Assembly: GCA_013349285.1 (NCBI GenBank)
Contig: DUZU01000005.1
Coordinates: forward strand, 19,772 to 83,771
From: Deltaproteobacteria bacterium
GTDB taxonomy: Bacteria; Desulfobacterota; Desulfobulbia; Desulfobulbales; Desulfurivibrionaceae
Direction: 5' to 3'
Length of the DNA stretch: 64,000 nucleotides
Part shown: in pieces, positions 35,684-42,574 of the stretch
Numbering within the stretch: position 1 is the stretch's first letter
How the letters are laid out: the number at the start of each line of letters is the position of its first letter
The notes under the pieces: model-generated
The model's database searches: none
What the model was told of the DNA's origin: nothing
The model's input: the letters and a program-made list of their open reading frames with translations, nothing else
Translations under genes and position numbers: made by a program

Positions 35684-35979
35684 GGCCACACTTTGAGTTT
35701 GGTACGATGTATTTTATACGATAAATAACTCAGCGAGACTATTCACTATACCATACCCCATAAAATAATATCAACTCGATGTATGGTGTTGATTTGGGTA
35801 TGTGTTTTCCATTGTAAGGTGATTTCTTCCTTTTAATTTAAACTGAAAATTAGTAAAAGCATTAGTAAAGGAAAAAGTGCAGGGATGGCGAGCTTACTCA
35901 CCATTTGCTTTTTTCCTTTTGTTTTATGGGGAGATTGTGCCTGGAGCACGCCACCCGCAACATAATTCCGAGGTTTAGT

Positions 35980-37386
35980 TTGAAAGATAAGGTTCTGATT
36001 GCAAATCGGGGTGAGATCGCCCTGCGGATCATGGAAGCCTGTAAAGACTTGGGTCTTGACTATGTTGTCGTTTATACCGATGCCGATGTGGAATCGGAGC
36101 ATGTTCAGCGTAATCTGGACAGCGGCAGCAACACCCGACGGGCCTGGCGTATTTCCAGTTATACCGATCCAAATGATATTCTTGCCGTAGCCGATCATAC
36201 CAAATGTACGGCTATACATCCCGGCTATGGTTTCTTTTCCGAGGATTTCCGTTTTGCTCGCCGGGTAACGGTCCGCAACCGCCCTTTGACCTTTATCGGG
36301 CCGAAGTGGGAGGTTGTTAAGGATCTCGGCGACAAGATCAATACCAAGCGGGTTGCCAACCGACTCGGCATCCCGACCATTCCCGGCACCGACGGCCCCA
36401 TTTATAATGAGATGGAGGCCGAAGACGTAGCCAATCATCTTTTGGGCGATCAGCTGGAAAGAAACATCAAAAAGCCTTCCATCCTGGTCAAGGCCGCCGC
36501 CGGTGGCGGTGGTATGGGAATTGAGGAGGTTTTTCAGATCGAGCATTTCCGGCGGGTTTACCGCCAGGTGCAGAACTATGCCAAGCGGCAGTTCGGCGAC
36601 GGGGGGGTGCTCATTGAACAATGTATCCGCGATTTCAATCATCTCGAGGTGCAGCTGGTTTGCAGCCGTCACGGTGAGCGGGTTCATTTCGGCACCAGGA
36701 ACTGCACCATCCAGAGTACCGGCCGCCAGAAGCGGCTGGAAGCGGCGCCCGGCTTTGACGACTCCTGCTTTGTCTATGATTTCAACGGCAAGGAAGTGCT
36801 TGATAAGGTGGTCGAGTACTCGTTGAAGCTTGCCTCCCACGTGCGGTACGATAACGTGGGGACCTGGGAGTGGATTGTCACCCGCGAGGGCCAGCCCTAT
36901 CTGCTTGAGGTCAACACCCGAATTCAGGTTGAAAATGACGTGTCGGCCCGGGTGAGTTATCTTAACAATAAACATCCCAATCTGATCCGGGAGCAGATCC
37001 GTCTGGCCCTTGGCGACCACATGGGCTACAGTCAGGAAGACGTTGATTCCCGCGGGGCGAGCATTGAGTTCCGGATCGTGGCCGAGGATACCCATCGCGG
37101 TTTTGCCCCGTGGATCGGCACCATTTCTAAATTTTCATTTCCGCAGCATGATTGGTCCACGGTTTACAGTCATGTGCCCACTGATCGCCCCTATGTCATT
37201 CCCAGTGATTTCGACCCTAATCTCGCTCTGGCGTTGGTCTGGGGAGATACCATGGCCGAGGCCAAGGAGCGCGGCCGTAAATTTCTGGCCGAAGTGGCCA
37301 TTGAGGGCAGCAATGCGGCGGGTGAGCCGATTATGACCAACTTGCCCTATTTGAACGAGAATATTGATCGACTTCTCACCTTTTGA
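35980..37386 (+). CDS. biotin carboxylase (divergent AccC-like ATP-grasp enzyme)
   Basis: TTG at 35980 with GAGG 6 nt upstream gives M-KDKVLIANRGEIALRI. HPGYGF, KAAAGGGGMGI and EVNTRIQVE motifs present. An alternative ATG lies at 35926. Confidence 0.85.
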   Translation: MKDKVLIANRGEIALRIMEACKDLGLDYVVVYTDADVESEHVQRNLDSGSNTRRAWRISSYTDPNDILAVADHTKCTAIHPGYGFFSEDFRFARRVTVRNRPLTFIGPKWEVVKDLGDKINTKRVANRLGIPTIPGTDGPIYNEMEAEDVANHLLGDQLERNIKKPSILVKAAAGGGGMGIEEVFQIEHFRRVYRQVQNYAKRQFGDGGVLIEQCIRDFNHLEVQLVCSRHGERVHFGTRNCTIQSTGRQKRLEAAPGFDDSCFVYDFNGKEVLDKVVEYSLKLASHVRYDNVGTWEWIVTREGQPYLLEVNTRIQVENDVSARVSYLNNKHPNLIREQIRLALGDHMGYSQEDVDSRGASIEFRIVAEDTHRGFAPWIGTISKFSFPQHDWSTVYSHVPTDRPYVIPSDFDPNLALALVWGDTMAEAKERGRKFLAEVAIEGSNAAGEPIMTNLPYLNENIDRLLTF

Positions 37387-37407
37387 TGATTCAAAGGTAA
37401 AAAATAC

Positions 37408-39663
37408 ATGGAAGATTTAAGAAAGCGTCTATTAAAAACCGAAGAACGACTCAGCTATCTCATTCACCTCAAAGATGGTGACGAATGGGGTAATCTGGTT
37501 GGCCTGCGCGAGAAATTCAATCTTCTGCGGGATAAATTCTATGATTTCAGCGAAGATGAACTGGGCGAAGAGATTCGCGCCCTTGAGGATTCGCTGTCTT
37601 TTCTTGAAGCGCGGAGCGAGGAGTCATTAAGCTCCATGGAGCGGGTGCGCATTGTCCGCAGTCCCCATCGTTTTTCGCTCAAGGACATTCTTGAAAATGT
37701 CTATGAGGATTATACCGAGCTAGGCGGCGAGGAAGATGCCAGTATCGATCCTTCCATGGTTGCGGCCCGGGCCAGTATCTCCCGCCGGGTCAAAAACAAG
37801 AACGTCTTGCAACAGGTCATGGTCATCGGCCACGAGAAGGGGCATGGCGAGGAATACCGCAACGGCGGGTGCAGCAAGCCCTGGGGTAATGAAAAGGCCC
37901 TGCGCTATATGCGGGTTGCCGAAACCGAGGGTATTCCCATTCATTTTTATATCTTCACCCCCGGCTCTTTTCCGGTGGAAGATTACCCCGGCGCCGGCCA
38001 GCAGATTGCCAGAAACATTTACGCCATGGCCAAATTGCGGGTGCCCATGGTTTCGTTGATCTCCGAAGGTGGTTCCGGCGGCGCCGAGGCCCTGGGCCTG
38101 AGCGACGTTCGCCTCATGTGCTCCCACGGTTATTATTCGGTGATCTCCCCGGAGGGCGCCGCCGCCATCGAGGGCAAGATTCGCGAAGGCGAGAAGATGC
38201 CCAAGGAGCTGGTTGAGGCCTGTGCCGAACGGTTGCATATTACGGCCGAGGAAAATCTGGCCCGCGGCACCATCGATCGAATTATCCAGGAGCCGCCGCT
38301 TGGGGCCAAACGTGACGATTTCGGCTTTTTCCGGGACATCAAATGCGAGGTGATCCGGGCCACCGATGAGGTGGTGCTTAAGACCAAGAGTCTCCGTGCT
38401 TTTAGGGCCTATGAGCTCAAGATGAAGAAGGCGGTCGGCAACGCCGCCGAAGAGCCGCACATCGACATCACCTGGGATCTGAACCGGGATGAGGTCAGCC
38501 GTTTGCTGGCTTTGCGTTCCAGAAAATATCGGAATATGGCGATCAGCGGATTTCTTGATCAGTCCACCAACTATTCGGCTTTTTATCAAAATACCAAGAA
38601 AAAGTTTTCAAAATTTTATTATACCTTCCGCTACGATATCCTGAAAACCCAGCAGAAGCAGGTGCAGAAGGTGATCAAGGATGTTTCCGGGGAAGGGTCG
38701 GTCCTGTTGCGTCAGGTTTCGGCGCCCTTTGCCGCCGCCTATGATTTTATTACCTCCAGGCCCGGGATCAAGGGGGGCAAGGTATCTCTGCCCGGTAACG
38801 GCGGTGGGGAGGATCCCATCGAATTCGGGGATATCTATACCAGCCCTCTGGCCAATGAAGATCGCACCGTTACCTGCCCCAATGCGGAAAAACATGGTTG
38901 CAAGGATCTCTGGGTCCGGGATCTCTATGGTGAGTTCGGCGGGGTCTGTGAGAATTGCGGTCATCATTTCCCCTTGGAGTATCAATGGTATCTCAAGCAT
39001 CTTTTTGATCCGGATTCCATTCGGGAATTCAATAACAATATTTGCTCCGGCAACCCCCTTGATTACCCCGGTTTTGAAAAGCGCTTGAAAGGCGCGATTG
39101 CTAAAACCGGGCGGCGCAGCGGGATTATAACCTTCGATGCCAGGGTGATGGGGGTTGATCTGGTGGTGGCCATGCTTTACAGCGATTTTCGTAACGGCAC
39201 CGTGGGTTCGGCCGAGGGTGAAAAGTTTGTGCGGGCCTGTGAGGCGGCTAAGCTCAAGAAGCGGCCGCTGCTTGCCTACATCCACACCACCGGTGGAATC
39301 AGGATCCATGAGGGAACCCTCGGCGTGGTGCAGATGCCCAAGTGCACCATGGCCGTTCGTGAGTACGTTGATGCCGGCGGCCTCTATATCGTTGTTTACG
39401 ACAACAATTCCTATGCCGGGCCGGTGGCAAGCTTTCTGGGATGTTCTCCTTACCAGTTCGCCATTCGTTCGAGCCGGGTCGGCTTTGCCGGGCCGCGGGT
39501 TATTCGCGATACCACCGGCGAGGATGTGCCGCCCGATTATCATAACGCCAGAAACGCCCTGAGGCGCGGCCATATTCAGGGAATCTGGGATCGACGCGAG
39601 TTCAGGCGGAATTTGCATAAGTCGCTGTTGACCATGGGCGGCAGCAATCTTTATTACCGATAA
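37408..39663 (+). CDS. fused carboxyltransferase, AccA-like N-half + AccD-like C-half
   Basis: 751 aa. AccA motifs IGHEKG, FIFTPG(S), SEGGSGGAEALG and SVISPEG. Then the AccD zinc ribbon CPNAEKHGC...CENCGHH and the crotonase-fold CT-beta region. Confidence 0.85.
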   Translation: MEDLRKRLLKTEERLSYLIHLKDGDEWGNLVGLREKFNLLRDKFYDFSEDELGEEIRALEDSLSFLEARSEESLSSMERVRIVRSPHRFSLKDILENVYEDYTELGGEEDASIDPSMVAARASISRRVKNKNVLQQVMVIGHEKGHGEEYRNGGCSKPWGNEKALRYMRVAETEGIPIHFYIFTPGSFPVEDYPGAGQQIARNIYAMAKLRVPMVSLISEGGSGGAEALGLSDVRLMCSHGYYSVISPEGAAAIEGKIREGEKMPKELVEACAERLHITAEENLARGTIDRIIQEPPLGAKRDDFGFFRDIKCEVIRATDEVVLKTKSLRAFRAYELKMKKAVGNAAEEPHIDITWDLNRDEVSRLLALRSRKYRNMAISGFLDQSTNYSAFYQNTKKKFSKFYYTFRYDILKTQQKQVQKVIKDVSGEGSVLLRQVSAPFAAAYDFITSRPGIKGGKVSLPGNGGGEDPIEFGDIYTSPLANEDRTVTCPNAEKHGCKDLWVRDLYGEFGGVCENCGHHFPLEYQWYLKHLFDPDSIREFNNNICSGNPLDYPGFEKRLKGAIAKTGRRSGIITFDARVMGVDLVVAMLYSDFRNGTVGSAEGEKFVRACEAAKLKKRPLLAYIHTTGGIRIHEGTLGVVQMPKCTMAVREYVDAGGLYIVVYDNNSYAGPVASFLGCSPYQFAIRSSRVGFAGPRVIRDTTGEDVPPDYHNARNALRRGHIQGIWDRREFRRNLHKSLLTMGGSNLYYR

Positions 39664-39678
39664 TCCAAAGCAAAACGG

Positions 39679-40332
39679 TTGACGATGACTCAAGATATTA
39701 ATTTTGAAGCAGTTATAAGCAAGTATCGTTCTGATCCCTACGAATACGTCGATGTCCGGACCAAGCATACCGGGCAGATTCGTTTCAAGGTCAGGGAGGG
39801 TTCCGAGGTTGAAGGCGCAACCGGGGAATGGCACCATATTCCCGGGACGCTGCTCTATGAATTGCTTCGCGAGGGCAACCAGAAGAAATTGCATTCGACG
39901 ACCAATGGCGTTGTCTCTTCTATCAGAAGTGAACTTGAAGGGAAGTTTGTCGAGGCCGGGGAAAAGGTCCTCACTATCCGCCATCCGTTGACCAAGCGAG
40001 AGATTATCGAAAATATCCTGCGTCAGGTTCTTGAGCCGTTTAATGCTCCGGAGCGGGCCAAGTATTTTTTCTCCCTTGACCTGCAGTCCAAAATCGACAA
40101 GTACGGCCAGCGCGGCGTCTCGATTAAGCCCGGCGATGAGATCCTGACCATGTCGTTGATGAAGCGGGATACGCCGGTCTATTATGCCGGTGAGCCCGGC
40201 ATCATCCATTCCGTTTATTTTCAGCCCGGGGTCAGCGTGGACCATGGTGAGCCGCTGATCGGCATCTGTTCCGAGGAAAAGCTGCCGTTGATCCAGAAGG
40301 TTATCACCAGGGTAAAGGCGGAGTGGGAGTAA
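39679..40332 (+). CDS. biotinyl-domain (BCCP-like) protein with atypical SLMKR site
   Basis: The C-terminal 70 aa align by eye to BCCP: GDEILTMSLMKRDTPVYYAGEPGIIHSVYFQPGVSVDHGEPLIGI versus [44 protein letters not shown]. Confidence 0.6.
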   Translation: MTMTQDINFEAVISKYRSDPYEYVDVRTKHTGQIRFKVREGSEVEGATGEWHHIPGTLLYELLREGNQKKLHSTTNGVVSSIRSELEGKFVEAGEKVLTIRHPLTKREIIENILRQVLEPFNAPERAKYFFSLDLQSKIDKYGQRGVSIKPGDEILTMSLMKRDTPVYYAGEPGIIHSVYFQPGVSVDHGEPLIGICSEEKLPLIQKVITRVKAEWE

Positions 40333-40389
40333 TTTCCGCTATTTTTCCCCTGTCATCTCTGTGGCTGATAGCGCCTGAGGCAAACATCA

Positions 40390-41313
40390 GTGGAGCGTCT
40401 TAGCCATAGCCTGATTCGTCAGATTATTACCGACGAGGATCGGCCCCGCCGCCTTGAAAAGTATTCAGCCGAGGTGGTGGCGGCGGTTTATCGTTACGGT
40501 GATTTTGTCGGCAGCTCCATCGAATCATATCCCCTTGAGGGTCGGCTCATGGAGCGGGCCCGGCAGCTGGTTGCCGATTGTGACCGGTGTGAACGATCAT
40601 TCCCCAGCGGCATGGTGCTGTTGGCCCATGAACTCACCGAAAGTCGCGGCCGTTTTCGGCGGGTGTGGCATGCGCCCCCCGGCGGTCTGTGGATGACCCT
40701 GGTGATCGCCAATACCTTGTTGCCGGCAAGCACCGCCCTTTATCCCCTTGCCGCCGGTCTGGCCTGCTGTGAGGCGGTGCGGCAATATGAGATCGATGCC
40801 AAGGTCAAGTGGGTTAATGATGTGCAGGTTTCCGGCCGCAAGATCTGCGGCATTCTCGCGGAAACCTTTACCAGTCCCAAATATAATGAAGAGTATATCC
40901 TGATCGGGGTGGGGGTTAATGTTAATAACCAGTCATTCCCGCCGGAGCTGGGCAGCTTGGCTGTTTCGATGCGGGATGTGCTGGGCCGGGAAATCGACCT
41001 TGAGCTTTTTGCCGCCCGCCTCCTTGCCAAGTTTGTTTGGAGTATCGGCCTGCTCCATCATGAAGAGCAGCAACGCCTTGATCGCGGTAACGATGATGAT
41101 CAGGCTGATCATCTGCATCCAGTCCTCGAGGGCTGGCGCGAGTTAACCGACTGTATCGGCCGGCAGGTCTGGTTCGGCTACGATGTTCAGGAAAAACCAC
41201 AGTACCGCGCCAAGGTGATGGGTCTTGATCCCAGCGGCGGCCTGATCTTGAAGCATCAGCAGGACGGGGTGGTCGTGGTCGAGCATGCCGGTGAAATCAT
41301 GTATATCGATTAA
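40390..41313 (+). CDS. birA: biotin-[acetyl-CoA-carboxylase] ligase
   Basis: GTG start. GRGRFRRVWHAPPGGLWMT matches the BPL signature GRGRxGRxWxSPxG. KWVNDV motif and a C-terminal SH3-like tail. Confidence 0.85.
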   Translation: MERLSHSLIRQIITDEDRPRRLEKYSAEVVAAVYRYGDFVGSSIESYPLEGRLMERARQLVADCDRCERSFPSGMVLLAHELTESRGRFRRVWHAPPGGLWMTLVIANTLLPASTALYPLAAGLACCEAVRQYEIDAKVKWVNDVQVSGRKICGILAETFTSPKYNEEYILIGVGVNVNNQSFPPELGSLAVSMRDVLGREIDLELFAARLLAKFVWSIGLLHHEEQQRLDRGNDDDQADHLHPVLEGWRELTDCIGRQVWFGYDVQEKPQYRAKVMGLDPSGGLILKHQQDGVVVVEHAGEIMYID

Positions 41314-41360
41314 GGATATTTGCGCAGCATGGTTGCCTAAATGGTGGCTGATCAGCTACA

Positions 41361-42218
41361 TTGTTTTGCATGTCTCCTTCTCCTTTCGTCAGCGTAATCA
41401 TCCCCACTTACAATCGGGCCGCCTGGCTGCCCGGCGCCGTTGAGTCGGTGTTGGCCCAGACCCATCGTAACTTCGAACTGATCATCGTTGATGACGGTTC
41501 CAGCGATGCCACCGCCCGCTTTGTGGCCTCCCTTGTTCACCCCATCGTCTATCTCCGGCAGGATAATAAGGGGCCGGCCGCCGCCAGGAATCTCGGCATT
41601 AAAAATGCCCGGTATGATCTGCTGGCCTTTCTCGATGTTGATGACCGCTTTGTTGCAACCAAGCTCGCCCGGCAGGTGGCCGCCATGGCGCAAAGGCCTG
41701 ATGCGCTGATCTCTCACACGCAGGAGATCTGGTATCGGGATGGACAACAGCTTAATCAAAAAAAAAATCACCGGAAAAACTCCGGCAACATCTTTGCGCA
41801 AAGCCTCAAGCTTTGCACGGTCGGCATGTCAACGATGATGGCGCGGCGGGCGCTTTTTGACGGGATTGGCCTGTTGGATGAGGATCTGCCCTGTTGCGAG
41901 GATTACGATTTCTGGCTGCGGGCCAGTGTCAGCCATGATTTCCTGCTGATCGACGAGCCCCTGACCATTAAAAACGGTGGCCGGCCGGATCAGGTCTCCT
42001 CGCAGTATAGGGTGGGCATGGATCGTTTTCGGATTCGGGCCATTGCCAAGCTTCTTGAGCAACATGAACTGAGCGATGAGCAATACCGGCTGGCCTGCGA
42101 GGAATTGGTGCGAAAGGCGACTGTTTACGGTAAGGGCTGCATCAAGCACGGTAAAGAGGATGAGGGGAAAAGCTATCTTGCCCTTGCTGATAATGTCGGT
42201 AGGCCACCCCTGGGCTAG
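41361..42218 (+). CDS. family 2 glycosyltransferase
   Basis: VSVIIPTYNRA, IIVDDGSSD and the D-x-D context FLDVDD. The ATG at 41370 is a likely alternative start. Confidence 0.85.
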   Translation: MFCMSPSPFVSVIIPTYNRAAWLPGAVESVLAQTHRNFELIIVDDGSSDATARFVASLVHPIVYLRQDNKGPAAARNLGIKNARYDLLAFLDVDDRFVATKLARQVAAMAQRPDALISHTQEIWYRDGQQLNQKKNHRKNSGNIFAQSLKLCTVGMSTMMARRALFDGIGLLDEDLPCCEDYDFWLRASVSHDFLLIDEPLTIKNGGRPDQVSSQYRVGMDRFRIRAIAKLLEQHELSDEQYRLACEELVRKATVYGKGCIKHGKEDEGKSYLALADNVGRPPLG

Positions 42219-42574
42219 CGTTATTGATTTTTTTGTCTAAATTTAGGTCTTGATAAGTTGTTTGATCGGGTGTGCTTAGCTGCCACATTGTGGTGGGGCA
42301 TGCCCTTTTTTTTTGCTCATTTAGTTTTTTCTTTTAAGATAACCCTAACCATGTTTACCGCAATGTCGATGGATTAGCTATGTGATAGGATTGGTTATCA
42401 TTTCTTGTTCAGTTTTAGTGAATTGACATTAGATTATTTTGTTGCGCACTATATTAAAAGCAAACAACTTTTCGATTTCGTAATGGATAGTTGATTCGAG
42501 TTTTGGGGTGGGTTGCAAAAGGGTCGGGGGCTCCTATTGCATTCTTTTTTGATAATACTGTGGAGGGAATTATC

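Noticed and set aside
42491-42574. TTG-initiated 28-codon N-terminal extension of the CA-MCP ORF, as given in the ORF track.
   Set aside because: It has no SD, and the extension would bury the signal peptide. The GTG at 42575 has a GGAGGG SD at 7-nt spacing and yields a normal signal peptide.
42219-42574. A sigma28 or sigma70 promoter for the che operon (TTGACA at about 42424 with TATATT; TAAA...CGAT).
   Set aside because: The TTGACA/TATATT spacing is 21 nt, and the sigma28-like match is only partial. This is not supportable from the sequence alone.
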